NCBI GenBank assembly: GCA_045046875.1
Contig: JASFYY010000054.1
Coordinates: forward strand, 1-64,000
Length of the DNA: 64,000 bases
Origin: Verrucomicrobiota bacterium
GTDB lineage: Bacteria; Verrucomicrobiota; Verrucomicrobiia; Verrucomicrobiales; DEV007
Direction: 5' to 3'
Position 1 is the stretch's first letter. Every line of letters starts with the position of its first letter. The notes under the pieces were generated by a model. It ran no database searches. It worked only from the letters and a program-made list of their open reading frames with translations, and had not been told where the DNA came from. Made by a program: the position numbers and the translations under genes. This document shows, piece after piece, positions 39,477 through 49,451 of the stretch.

Positions 39477-41330
39477 ATGATTCTCCGACTGCTGCTCTTC
39501 GCAGCCATTGCCCTAGGCGAGTCGGAAACATGGGCGGCAGTTGATCCGCCACCCACTATCTCGCTTGTCAGTGTGACGCCCAATACCGGTGGATCCAGTG
39601 GAGGGCACAGTGCGCTGCGCATAGATGATCGCATCTACCACTTTCAAGCCAACAGCTTCTCGTTTTTACTTTTGCGCCGGGATTCCTGGGAGTTTTTCGA
39701 GCGCAACTACCGCCAACTGGACAATCGCAGTATCACCTTGCTTCCGCTGCAGCTCGCAGCTAAAGATGCCCGTAGGATCAAAGCTCGCTTCGGCAGGGTT
39801 TTAGCGGTTCAGCAAAAGCTAATCTCCCGCTGGCACTCGCTCAGAATAGAACAGCAATGGTTCGAGCATTTGGGTGAAAGCGAGTTGTCCGTCTCGATCC
39901 CGATCATCGCTTATTTTGATTCCCAAGCGTCTGAAAACACCCTCGATCTACGAACGCTGAGCTATTCCGCTCTGGGAGCCGCCTATCTCGATCGGCAACT
40001 TGGTGATATAACCACTGACCTCATCTCAAAAGCGAGTGTATCAAGCCGGTGTCAGACACGCCCACTCACCCTCGATACCTTCCCAAAAGCATACGAGATC
40101 GAATCTGAACGCCGACTTGAGCAACTCACCTTGCGTGAGGCCTTTATCATTTTAAAACAAGGTCGAGGCATCTCCGCCTCGCAAATCATCTGCCCTGACG
40201 ATACGCCGCTGTCCCAGAGTGAGCGCAAACAATTAAAACAACTATCAGATTTTTACCGCCAATCCATTCCCCGCCTGTTGCAATCCATACGTCCCGATCG
40301 TGGTGAAGCTCTACTGCTAGCCATCGCCCGCTACGATGTGTTGAAACACTCACTCAGGCAAAATCGCCTGTTGCTGCTTAACGTGTTTCCTACTGACGAG
40401 CGAGCTATCTCGCTGATGACTGCCAAAGAGACCCGGCGCCATCATGAACTTTTAAGTGCATTAACTCAGCAAGGCTTGAACAGCTGGCAGCAACTGCGCC
40501 ATTTTCACCTCGCTACTGGGCACATGCTGACGGAATATACTTACCAGAAAATGGAAGGCACCGCATCCCGCTATGCTCAGGCTCGTGATGCCATCGACAA
40601 GGGGCGGCCCTTACAAACCTGTTCTCCGGATCTGTTACTTCCTCTTCGTAAAGGAAAAATAACTCCACTCAGAATTCCCAGCCTGCCAGCGAATACACTC
40701 AATCAAGCCCGACAACAAGCTGTCAAGTGCTACCAAAATTACCTCGCTTATATGAACACCCTATATGGTTACTCATTGCTACGTCACAATTGCACTACCG
40801 AACTTTCTCGCACCATTCAGTCAGCCTTCCCTGATGCAAACGATGTCACCCGAGCGCTAGGGGCAACCATCAAGCATCATCAAGGGCTAACCCTCATTCC
40901 TGCAGTATTTTCAAGCAAAGTGCAAGCACAATGGAATACCTCCGCCCCAGTGATTTTACCTTCTTATCGTATCGAACAAAGTCGATCCCAGACTCTCCAG
41001 CGGACTCCGCTATGGGAAAAACTACGCGAGAGTAATCGTTGGACATCAACCGTCTATCCCGGCTCGATTCACGACTCAGCTTTTTTAGTTTTCTCTGACG
41101 GAGTTCCCATTCTGCGGCCACTACAAGGTAGTGCCAATCTGCTTTACGGACTCAGTCATACTGGGGTAGGTCTCGCCACTGCCGTCACTGGCAACGGTCG
41201 CCGCCGGGTGAAATACGGATTAGAAGGCATGTTTTACAGCCTGCCTGAAATCATCGGTATCAGCATCCGCAAAGGGCGCTACGACATCCTGCCGCAGGAT
41301 GATGTCAAGCCATTAGTGTCCAGTCATTAA
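39477..41330 (+). CDS. Exported hypothetical protein with His/Cys motifs reminiscent of DUF4105 / permuted papain-like fold
   Basis: Signal peptide; GGHSALRI (His44) and YSLLRHNCTTEL (Cys439) separated by a long helical insert. Confidence 0.6.
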   Translation: MILRLLLFAAIALGESETWAAVDPPPTISLVSVTPNTGGSSGGHSALRIDDRIYHFQANSFSFLLLRRDSWEFFERNYRQLDNRSITLLPLQLAAKDARRIKARFGRVLAVQQKLISRWHSLRIEQQWFEHLGESELSVSIPIIAYFDSQASENTLDLRTLSYSALGAAYLDRQLGDITTDLISKASVSSRCQTRPLTLDTFPKAYEIESERRLEQLTLREAFIILKQGRGISASQIICPDDTPLSQSERKQLKQLSDFYRQSIPRLLQSIRPDRGEALLLAIARYDVLKHSLRQNRLLLLNVFPTDERAISLMTAKETRRHHELLSALTQQGLNSWQQLRHFHLATGHMLTEYTYQKMEGTASRYAQARDAIDKGRPLQTCSPDLLLPLRKGKITPLRIPSLPANTLNQARQQAVKCYQNYLAYMNTLYGYSLLRHNCTTELSRTIQSAFPDANDVTRALGATIKHHQGLTLIPAVFSSKVQAQWNTSAPVILPSYRIEQSRSQTLQRTPLWEKLRESNRWTSTVYPGSIHDSAFLVFSDGVPILRPLQGSANLLYGLSHTGVGLATAVTGNGRRRVKYGLEGMFYSLPEIIGISIRKGRYDILPQDDVKPLVSSH

Positions 41331-41476
41331 TGGGGAATGGAGCAGACTCTATTGAACTGGAGGGCTGAGTTCAAACACTCAAAGGGTGTGAAAATGGTAT
41401 AAGCTTGACGAAGGATTCCTCCAGCTATTGGTAGAAAGGGGATTCGGAACAAAATATGAAGCAATTGAGGATAGCT

Positions 41477-42808
41477 CTAATTTTTCTCAACAAACTCAAC
41501 CAGCTTGTCAGTTAGTATTTTTGCTCCGGAGATATGGAGGTGGTCGACATCAGAGAAATGTTGGTGTTTGAATTAGTGGTGACCAGCTTGATGTATGTCG
41601 AGGAAATAGATGCAGGAGGATTTTTTGCTGAGAGTTTTCAATCTATCTGCCAAACGGTCATAGTCTGCATTGCCGGTATCATCGCCATCGACCACGGCAG
41701 TTTCCGTAACCAGTGGATGGTAGGGAGGGGTGAAGAGCAGGACTTTGATTTTGTGGTGAGCTAAATTCTTCACCGAATTTTGGAATTGGAGCCAAGCTTG
41801 GTCATTCCAGGTAAAATGAGGACGACGGCATCGTGCTAGGATAGCTTTGCGTGTATCGTCTGACAGGGGAACTGGAAAATCTCGGGTTTTCTTTTTCGCC
41901 CAACCCCAAGGGTGTAACTTGCTGTCGAGTTTTTCTCTAATTTGATCGAAGGTGATCGGGATTGTGGGTGTGGTTTTATTGACCAGTTGCTGCCAGTGTT
42001 GTTGGTCGTAGAGATAACCTGGACTTTTTTGGAATAGTCGGGCGCGTCGGTCAATGGCGTAATTTTGGTTAAAAATTCGCGGGCTGATTCCCCAGATTAC
42101 CCATTCGAGGTGGGGCAGGTCGGCGAGGTATCGATCAGCCAGGATGCTTTGAAATGAAACGCCACTGCCAGCTGGAGACAAGCTCAAGCTAACAGGCACA
42201 TCGTTGTTGCCTGGTTGATAGAATAGCTGCGGGTCCACCGCGGCAGCACTATGGGAATTGCCTAACACTGCTAGTTTTAATTGCTGGCGGATCAGCCAAT
42301 AGACTTGCAGTCGTCTGGAGATATCGCTGCGGTAATCGTTGCGAACATTTTCGGGAGGAGTGTAAGAATTGGGGATGGGAGTGAGGTCGTAGTAAATTTT
42401 TTCTTCCGGATCAAATTCCAGGTCGTTGCGTTGATAAACGGAATTGAGCTCTGGCATGGATGAGAGCGGGGTGAGGTATAGGTTTTGGATGGTTCCTTTT
42501 TGAGTGTTGAGAGGTAACTTTTGTTTATTGGTGATCGCCCACTGGGCAATGCGGATTTTATCCGAGTCGGTTTTCCTCCCATCAAGCGCTTCCAATACTT
42601 GGTATTCATTTATGATCAGCGCTTCTTCGTAAGGACTGATTTGATCCAAAGTGGGGATAGAAGAGCATTGAGTGAGGATTAGTTTGAGGTGTCTATCGAC
42701 TGGGGTTCCGGTGCCACTTTCTCCAGAATCTTGACATCCAATGGAAAAAAAAATGCCTATGACGGCAAATGCGCCAGCAAAAAACGGAAGAGTGGTATTA
42801 AGGTGCAT
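41477..42808 (-). pseudogene. SGNH-hydrolase-like lipoprotein interrupted by an in-frame TAA
   Basis: Lipobox FSIGC; VLGNSH block I. After TAA at 41573-41575 the same frame continues FKHQHFSDVDHLHISGAKILTDKLVEFVEKN to TAG at 41477-41479. Confidence 0.75.
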
Positions 42809-42922
42809 AGGATGTGAAGATTCTTGTGGTTTGAATCTGACAATGATTGGCAAGTTTTTATAAAATGGAGTTTTTTTCCAGAGTGAAGCAGTGTTAGATG
42901 GAAGTGAAATAATAGATATCTA

Positions 42923-43849
42923 ATGAATCAACTCGATCAGAGGTTAGAACAGCGGTCACTTTCTGTTGGCATGTGGGCTAATTTGGTGATGGGTATAGCG
43001 GGGGTGGTAGCAGCTGTGCTGTCGAATTCCGATGCATTGATGGTCGATGGTTTGTATTCCGCGGTGAATTTTGTTTCGGCGATTATCGCTGGGCGTGTTG
43101 TGGCTTCGGTGATGCGGCAGCCTGATCAGAAGAGTCCCTTTGGTTACGAAGCGGACGAATCGCTCTACGTGCTTTTTCGATCGTTGGTATTGTTGGGGAT
43201 CCTGATATTTGCTTGTTTCACTTCGCTCGATAAAATTATCACCTATGCAAGAGGGGGGGACGTCCCAGAACTCATTTTAGGTCCGATTACTATTTACATG
43301 ATTGCCATGGTGGCGATTTGTTTTGGTCTGGCGGGCTGGTATGATTTTAACTGGAAAAAAACGGGATGCCGCAGTGAGATTCTGAAAACGGAACGCGCGG
43401 CTGCTATTGTGGATGGGTTCATCAGTGCGGGAGCCGGTGGGGCTTTGATCGGAGTCGTGCTTTTACGAGGAACTCCGTTTGAGGGTATTATTCCCATTGC
43501 CGATGCGGTGGTAGTATTGGTGTTGTCCGTGGTGATGATTGGCCAACCGATGGGAACCTTTCGCAGCGCTTTACGCGAAGTTGCCGGTCGTTCTGTGGAT
43601 GAAAAAACGACGGCCAGGGTGCGTGGGCGAATTGAGCGGGTGATTGATGACTTGCCTTGTGAATTGCTTGAAGTCGGTGTTACCAAGTTAGGCAGGGTGC
43701 ACTTTGTGATATGTTACATCAAACCAAGTGGATCCATCACAGCAAGTGGCCTTGATGGTTTGCGGGAAGAATTGCACAAAAGTTATGCTGATCTATTTAC
43801 CCAGCTGCGAACGGAAATGGTGTTCACTGCAGAGGCTCCTTATCAATAG
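42923..43849 (+). CDS. Cation diffusion facilitator (cation efflux) family transporter
   Basis: SNSDALMVDGLYS, PDQKSPFGY, six TM segments, soluble C-terminal domain. Confidence 0.88.
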   Translation: MNQLDQRLEQRSLSVGMWANLVMGIAGVVAAVLSNSDALMVDGLYSAVNFVSAIIAGRVVASVMRQPDQKSPFGYEADESLYVLFRSLVLLGILIFACFTSLDKIITYARGGDVPELILGPITIYMIAMVAICFGLAGWYDFNWKKTGCRSEILKTERAAAIVDGFISAGAGGALIGVVLLRGTPFEGIIPIADAVVVLVLSVVMIGQPMGTFRSALREVAGRSVDEKTTARVRGRIERVIDDLPCELLEVGVTKLGRVHFVICYIKPSGSITASGLDGLREELHKSYADLFTQLRTEMVFTAEAPYQ

Positions 43850-43985
43850 GGAATGATAACTGGCTTTCAATGGGCAGAAACTGGAAGGAATAACCCGAGA
43901 TCCTTTGTCCAAAGCTTCGCGCGGGCTGAACCCTGTCCGTGCCCGTTGAAGATTTCCATTGTAGCTTTTCACCTGGCCGCAGCTC

Positions 43986-44065
43986 TACGAAAGCTTACGT
44001 CAGAAAAGTTGGGTTTCTTCTCACCTAGCGGTCGTCACCTTATGCAAAGTACCGAAATTTCAGTG
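43986..44065 (+). repeat. Truncated, diverged copy 3 of the non-coding element (3' ~80 bp)
   Basis: CTACGAAAGCTTACGTCAGAAAAGTTGGGTTTCTTCTCACCTAGCGGTCGTCACC..CGAAATTTCAGTG aligns to CCACGAAGTCTTGCGTCAGGAAAGTTCGGTTTCCTCTCACGAACCGGTCGCCAC..CGAACTTTTATTG of copy 2. Confidence 0.75.
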
Positions 44066-44103
44066 CTGTTCGTGCATGGCCTCTACTAAAGCTCAGTCCG
44101 AAG

Positions 44104-45633
44104 TTAATGAGATGACGATAATTTGATTGCTGCTTTGCGTGTTTTTTCGGCCAAGGCAGGGTAATCAATGCTGGTGAGCTGTCCCTGATCAACCACTTTT
44201 TTGCCGTTGACATAGCTGTAATCGACATAGTCGTTTTGGCATAGAACCAGCGCCGCCACCGGATCCGCGTGGGCACCAACAAAGGGTCTGCGTTCTGTAT
44301 CGAAGGCAATGAAATCGGCACACATGCCTTTGGCAAGATGGCCAATATCGTCTCGCGACAATGCCTTGGCTCCACCCAGTGTAGCAATTTCCAGAGCTTC
44401 CCGTGCTGACATTCCGGTCACATCCTCTTCTCTGACGCGTGCCAGCAACAGTGCCAGCCTCGCTTCATTTATGAGGTTGCTGGTATCGTTCGAGGCCGAG
44501 CCATCGACTCCCAGAGCTACGTCCATGCCGGCGTCCCGCATGGCCCGGATGGGCGCCGCGCCGCTGCCGAGGCGCATGTTGCTGGCGGGGCAATGGCATG
44601 CGGCCACACCTGCCTTGGCAAACATTCCCATGTCCTTGTTATCGAGGCGCACGCAGTGGGCGTGCCAGACCCTGTCATTGAGCCAGCCTACTTTTTCGGT
44701 CCATGGAGCCGGCCGCATCTTGTAGTTTTTGGTCATGTAATCGATGTCGTCATGGTTTTCGGCCAGGTGGGTGTGCAGACCGACCCCCTGGTAGTTCATT
44801 GCCAGATTTGCCGATTCGCGCATCAGATCTTCAGAGATGGTGAATGGTGAGCAGGGGCCCAGTGCCATGCGCAGCATAGAGTGGCGGGAATTGTCATGGT
44901 ATTGCTCGATAAGCCGTTGAGAATCCTTGAGGATATCGCCCTCGTCTTCCACTACGGAGTCGGGTGGCAAGCCGCCTTTGCTCTCGCCTATGCTCATGCT
45001 ACCGCGCACCGCGGTGAAGCGCATGCCGATGTCGTGCAGGGCACGAATTTCATCATCAATGGTGCAGTCATTGGGCAGAATGTAGAGATGGTCACTGGAG
45101 GTGGTGCAGCCACTCAAAAGCAACTCGGAGGCTGCGAGTTGGGCGCTCAGATAAATGTCGTTGGAGTGCATGTTGGCCCAGATTGGGTAGAGTGCCTTCA
45201 ACCAGGGAAACAGGGTTCCGTCTGGTTTCACCACCCGGGTCAGCACTTGGTAAAAGTGGTGGTGACAGTTCACCATCCCGGGCATGACGATGTAGCGGCC
45301 TTTAAGGTCGAGCACTTCGTCAGCCGTTTTTGGCAATTGTTCCGTGGTGCCGACGGCATCGATGATGTTGTCTTTTACAAAGATGGCACCATCGCGAATT
45401 TCACGTCGCTGCGTATCCATGGTGACCAAGGTATGGATGTTTTTCACCAGCAGGGTGCGACCACTGCCTTTAGCGTTGTTTTTTTTCTGCGCATGAGCAG
45501 GAGCACTGGGGATCATTCCGGAAGCGGCCGCTGCCAGCATGCTGCTGCGTTGAAGGATGGAACGCCGGGTCATCTGCTTGCTTTGAGAGCTCGCGGGGAT
45601 GGTGGTCTTTGACGTGTCGGTGTGCTTGGTCAT
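44104..45633 (-). CDS. Amidohydrolase, 8-oxoguanine deaminase / AtzB-like, with twin-arginine leader
   Basis: PGMVNCHHHFYQ, SGCTTSSDHLY, GPCSPF, HTHLAE, HAHC, HCPASNMRLGSG, GVDGSASND; N-terminal TRRSIL..PAHA. Confidence 0.88.
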   Translation of the reverse strand: MTKHTDTSKTTIPASSQSKQMTRRSILQRSSMLAAAASGMIPSAPAHAQKKNNAKGSGRTLLVKNIHTLVTMDTQRREIRDGAIFVKDNIIDAVGTTEQLPKTADEVLDLKGRYIVMPGMVNCHHHFYQVLTRVVKPDGTLFPWLKALYPIWANMHSNDIYLSAQLAASELLLSGCTTSSDHLYILPNDCTIDDEIRALHDIGMRFTAVRGSMSIGESKGGLPPDSVVEDEGDILKDSQRLIEQYHDNSRHSMLRMALGPCSPFTISEDLMRESANLAMNYQGVGLHTHLAENHDDIDYMTKNYKMRPAPWTEKVGWLNDRVWHAHCVRLDNKDMGMFAKAGVAACHCPASNMRLGSGAAPIRAMRDAGMDVALGVDGSASNDTSNLINEARLALLLARVREEDVTGMSAREALEIATLGGAKALSRDDIGHLAKGMCADFIAFDTERRPFVGAHADPVAALVLCQNDYVDYSYVNGKKVVDQGQLTSIDYPALAEKTRKAAIKLSSSH

Positions 45634-45987
45634 GGATATATTTTATTGAGAGATAGAAAGGGTGTGATTGTCAGCTGTTAGGAATTTGTTTCCTTCCATC
45701 TTCGATTTTTGTCGTCACGGAGTTGGATAGAGCAATGTGGTAATAGCTTATATGAAGGAGTTCATGTGCTGGCGCTCATGTTGTTGTGCTAAATAAACGC
45801 ATTGGCAAAAAAAAGCCATATTAAAAAATGCGGCAGCACGATATCTGCAGCGATTTCAGGGAAATGGATTGACGGAATTTTGAATCAGAAGGAAATGGAT
45901 TTTCTATTAATTGCCGTGGCTTACAGGGGATGGCGATTTGAACAGTTGAACTTAGGGTTGAGGAGGTGAACGTTGGATTTGAGTTGA

Positions 45988-46863
45988 ATGAATCTTTCCT
46001 ACCACATGAGTTCTATGCGTATTTTTTTCCTGGTATTTTTATTGATCATGGGCACCCTCGGTGGGCGACTGCGGGCTGAGGACAAGGTGGCCAAAGTGGG
46101 GCCGGCAAAGGGGGCACTGGTCATTGTCGGAGGTGGCACAACGACTGCAATTTTGCAGGAATTTATAAAACTAGCAGGCGGGGTGGACTCTGAGATCGTG
46201 GTGATCCCTACCGCGAGTGGGAAAAGCAGTTCGCGGGACGTGGAGTTGTTTGAACAACTGGGTGCAACGAAAGTCCGTATTTTGCATAATAATGATCCTG
46301 AAGTCGCTGACACAGAGGGTTTTGTTGTCCCATTAAAGACCGCGAAAGGGGTTTGGTTCGGCGGTGGACGTCAATGGCGTTTGGTCGATGCTTACAAAAA
46401 TACCAAGGTGGAAAAAATGCTGTGGAAGGTGCTTGATCGAGGTGGGGTGATCGGGGGCAGTTCAGCAGGAGCCAGTATTCAAGGTTCGTATCTGGCTCGC
46501 GGGGACAGCAAGAATAATCAAATCATGACGGGTGATCATGAACAGGGTTTTGGCTATTTGAAGGAGGTGGCGATTGATCAACATTTACTGGCGCGTAACC
46601 GCCATTTTGACATGTTCACTATTTTAAAAAAGCACCCGCATTTGCTCGGGCTAGGTATCGATGAACGCACCGCCATCGTGGTGAAAGGGGATCGTTTTCA
46701 GGTGATGGGGCTGGGTAATGTGGCGGTGTATGACGGCACTTTCTGGTCGCGGGAGGGCAGCGAACTCAAGCACTTGCCGGAAAAGGCTGCAAGATTCTAC
46801 TTTTTGAAGGCTGGTGACCGTTATGATTTGAGCCAGCGCCGGGTGATTGTGAGAGGGGAATAA
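45988..46863 (+). CDS. Cyanophycinase-like S51 peptidase with signal peptide (start may be 46006 or 46015)
   Basis: LVIVGGG, VIPTAS, FGGGRQWRL, GGSSAGA (Ser), IDQH (His), GIDE (Glu). Confidence 0.88.
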   Translation: MNLSYHMSSMRIFFLVFLLIMGTLGGRLRAEDKVAKVGPAKGALVIVGGGTTTAILQEFIKLAGGVDSEIVVIPTASGKSSSRDVELFEQLGATKVRILHNNDPEVADTEGFVVPLKTAKGVWFGGGRQWRLVDAYKNTKVEKMLWKVLDRGGVIGGSSAGASIQGSYLARGDSKNNQIMTGDHEQGFGYLKEVAIDQHLLARNRHFDMFTILKKHPHLLGLGIDERTAIVVKGDRFQVMGLGNVAVYDGTFWSREGSELKHLPEKAARFYFLKAGDRYDLSQRRVIVRGE

Positions 46864-47046
46864 GAAAGTATGAATGGTTGGGGAAAATAAAGTGGGCAGG
46901 GTCGGGCTATTTTCATTGTGACCGATATAACGAAATTGGATTGACATTTGGCGGGATTTCCTGTTTAAATCAACAACTCGGGATTTTAGAGGGGGGTGGT
47001 AGTTGTGGAAATGTGAGGATCGAGAGTAAAAATTTTATAAAAAGTG

Positions 47047-47673
47047 ATGAAAATATTCATTAAAAAATCAGTGTGTGTGATGACTCTTTGTTTAGCGGCG
47101 GCGAGTTTCACCAGTTGTCATGTGAACAAGGATGGCAATCTTTCGATGGGGAGAAAACGCAGACCTGCTGCGGTGAAATCAACCCAGCCGACAACTGCCC
47201 GGCATTATCTGTATAAAAACGACAAGGTGTTGGAAGCGATGAGTCCGGGGGATTCAAAGTTGAAAATTGATTTGTCTGAGCAGCGGGTGAAATTGTTCAG
47301 CGGGGATCAACTGGCCTTGGAATCGCAAATTTCAACCGGCACGGAAGGGCATCGCACACCTACGGGTAAGTTCGAGATTTTGGAAAAAAAGGTGGATAAA
47401 AAATCCAATCGTTATGGCAAATGGGTGGACGGTGGTTCTGGTGAAACCTTGGTCAGTAACGGAGATTCATACAAACGCCCCAAGGGAAATGCGGAGTTCC
47501 GTGGCACGGCGATGCCTTATTGGATGCGGGTGACCTGGCGCGGAGTGGGCATGCACATCGGCTATGTGCCACTGTATGCAGCCAGCCATGGCTGCATCCG
47601 GGTGCCGCGCGAAGTGCAGCCTTTGATTTATGCCAAGACCCAGGTGGGCACTCCGGTGGAGATCATTCAATGA
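47047..47673 (+). CDS. L,D-transpeptidase (YkuD family) lipoprotein
   Basis: FTSC lipobox; IDLSEQR, STG..TPTG, MPYWM, MHIG..ASHGCIR. Confidence 0.92.
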   Translation: MKIFIKKSVCVMTLCLAAASFTSCHVNKDGNLSMGRKRRPAAVKSTQPTTARHYLYKNDKVLEAMSPGDSKLKIDLSEQRVKLFSGDQLALESQISTGTEGHRTPTGKFEILEKKVDKKSNRYGKWVDGGSGETLVSNGDSYKRPKGNAEFRGTAMPYWMRVTWRGVGMHIGYVPLYAASHGCIRVPREVQPLIYAKTQVGTPVEIIQ

Positions 47674-48634
47674 TCGCGGCTTTGACCAGATCTTCGAGAG
47701 CGATCATGTCGATGGCAAACTTGCGGATGCCTTCTGCGGTTTTTTCGGTCGCCATGGCGTCATCGTTGAGTTGGTAGCGGAATGATTTTTCGTCTAGCTG
47801 GATGGCTTCGGCCGAGCTTGCCCGGGCGTTCTCCTCTGTTAGGACGGCGGGCACGGGGTCGTTGGAATTTTGCAGTTCTTCCAATAAGCCGGGACTGATG
47901 GTTAAGAGGTCACAACCGGCGAGTGCGATGATTTGTCCTTTGTTGCGGAAGCTGGCACCCATCACTTCGGTCGGGTGATTGAACTTTTTGTAGTAGTTGT
48001 AGATGCTGATGACGGATTGCACGCCGGGATCGTTGGCACCGGCGTAGTCTTCTCCGGTGCTGGCTTTGAACCAGTCATAGATGCGGCCGACAAAGGGGGA
48101 GATCAATTGCACTCTGGCATCGGCGCAGGCGATGGCCTGGGTCAGCGAAAACAGCAAGGTCAGATTGCAGTGGATGCCTTCTTTTTCCAGAACTTCGGCA
48201 GCACGGATGCCTTCCCAGGTGGAGGCGATCTTGATCAGGATGCGGTCGCGGCTGATGCCATCCTTTTCGTAAAGGCCAATCAGGGTGTGGGCTTTTTCGA
48301 TCGTGCCTTTGGTATCGAAGGACAGCCGGGCGTCAGTTTCGGTGGAAACCCGTCCGGGCACGATTTCGAGAATTTCTTTGCCGAACAGAATCAGGATGCG
48401 GTCGATGACCGCTTCGACCAAGGCATCACCACTGAGGGATCCGCTTTTGAGTTCCGTGACGGCTTGATCCACCAGGTGTCGGTATTCGGCTTGTTGCGAA
48501 GCTTTTAGGATCAGCGAGGGATTGGTGGTCGCATCCTGCGGGCTGTATTGGCGCATGCTTTCGAAGTCGCCGGTATCCGCTACGATGGTGGTGAGGGCTT
48601 TGAGTTGTTCGAGTTGAGATGTGCTGGTGCTCAT
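47663..48634 (-). CDS. tal: Transaldolase
   Basis: [57 protein letters not shown] at 48634. Confidence 0.96.
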   Translation of the reverse strand: MSTSTSQLEQLKALTTIVADTGDFESMRQYSPQDATTNPSLILKASQQAEYRHLVDQAVTELKSGSLSGDALVEAVIDRILILFGKEILEIVPGRVSTETDARLSFDTKGTIEKAHTLIGLYEKDGISRDRILIKIASTWEGIRAAEVLEKEGIHCNLTLLFSLTQAIACADARVQLISPFVGRIYDWFKASTGEDYAGANDPGVQSVISIYNYYKKFNHPTEVMGASFRNKGQIIALAGCDLLTISPGLLEELQNSNDPVPAVLTEENARASSAEAIQLDEKSFRYQLNDDAMATEKTAEGIRKFAIDMIALEDLVKAAIIE

Positions 48635-48770
48635 GGATGGGTGTTGGTTAAAGATTTGAAATGGGTATTTAGCATTAAATTTAATGCAGAATGACAGGAA
48701 ATTAGCGCAAAGGCAGGGAAATGCGCGTTTTTTTTGAATACAAAAGTTTGTGAAATTTTTCACAAAGCAC

Positions 48771-48798
48771 TTGCGAGGCGGGGGCTGAGTCGTATGAT
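48771..48798 (+). promoter_or_regulatory. Possible promoter for nuoBC
   Basis: TTGCGA-N16-TATGAT in the divergent tal/nuoB intergenic region. Confidence 0.3.
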
Positions 48799-48867
48799 CT
48801 GCTTGAGCGAGAAGGAGGAGCAAGAGGCTTCTTGGACTTTAATTTTAATCGCCTTATTTATATTGCC

Positions 48868-49425
48868 ATGGCTGATACTGATAACCAGCAGGCGTCTGTC
48901 GCCTATGACTCGAAGATCGAGGGCAACGTGATCTTCACTCGTCTCGATGCGACCATCAACTGGATGCGTAAAAACTCGCTGTGGCCGATGCCGATGGGTT
49001 TGGCCTGTTGCGCGATCGAGCTGATGGCGACCGGAGCTTCGCGTTTTGATATTTCCCGTTTTGGGGCGGAGGTGATGCGTTTTTCTCCACGCCAGGCCGA
49101 TGTGATGATCGTGGCTGGCACGGTGACTTATAAAATGTCGCTGGCGGTCAAGCGGGTGTGGGATCAGATGCCTGAGCCGAAGTGGTGCATCGCTATGGGG
49201 GCTTGTGCTTCCAGTGGGGGAATGTATCGTTCTTACGCGGTTTTGCAGGGCATCGACCATTTGATTCCGGTTGATGTTTACGTGTCGGGTTGCCCTCCAC
49301 GTCCGGAGGCTTTGTTGGAAGGTTTGATGAGACTGCAGGAGAAAGTGGATGCGGAAGAATCGGCAGTGGCTTTGTTGAAAAATCCTGACGCCCGGGCTGA
49401 AGAGCAGCAAGAAGTGGAAGCCTGA
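48868..49425 (+). CDS. nuoB: NADH-quinone oxidoreductase subunit B
   Basis: [41 protein letters not shown]. Confidence 0.96.
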   Translation: MADTDNQQASVAYDSKIEGNVIFTRLDATINWMRKNSLWPMPMGLACCAIELMATGASRFDISRFGAEVMRFSPRQADVMIVAGTVTYKMSLAVKRVWDQMPEPKWCIAMGACASSGGMYRSYAVLQGIDHLIPVDVYVSGCPPRPEALLEGLMRLQEKVDAEESAVALLKNPDARAEEQQEVEA

Positions 49426-49451
49426 GTGAACGACGAGGAAGGAAGCCTAGC

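Larger units (their letters stand above)
24524..44065. mobile_element. Putative composite, integrase-less genomic island downstream of tRNA-Glu
   Basis: Begins at tRNA 3' end; internal repeats containing the tRNA 3' octamer; TA module; several broken genes; by eye the G/T-rich plus-strand bias of the flanks is lost in parts. Right boundary uncertain. Confidence 0.55.

Noticed and set aside
43853..44089. 78-aa ORF after the CDF gene
   Set aside because: Overlaps copy 3 of the non-coding element; no protein-like features.
44881..45612. 243-aa plus-strand ORF
   Set aside because: Antisense to the amidohydrolase.
45633..45988. Purine riboswitch or sigma54 promoter upstream of the deaminase (TGGC-A8-GCCA at 45803-45818)
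   Set aside because: No riboswitch consensus recognised; GG-to-GC spacing is 9 nt, not the required 10.
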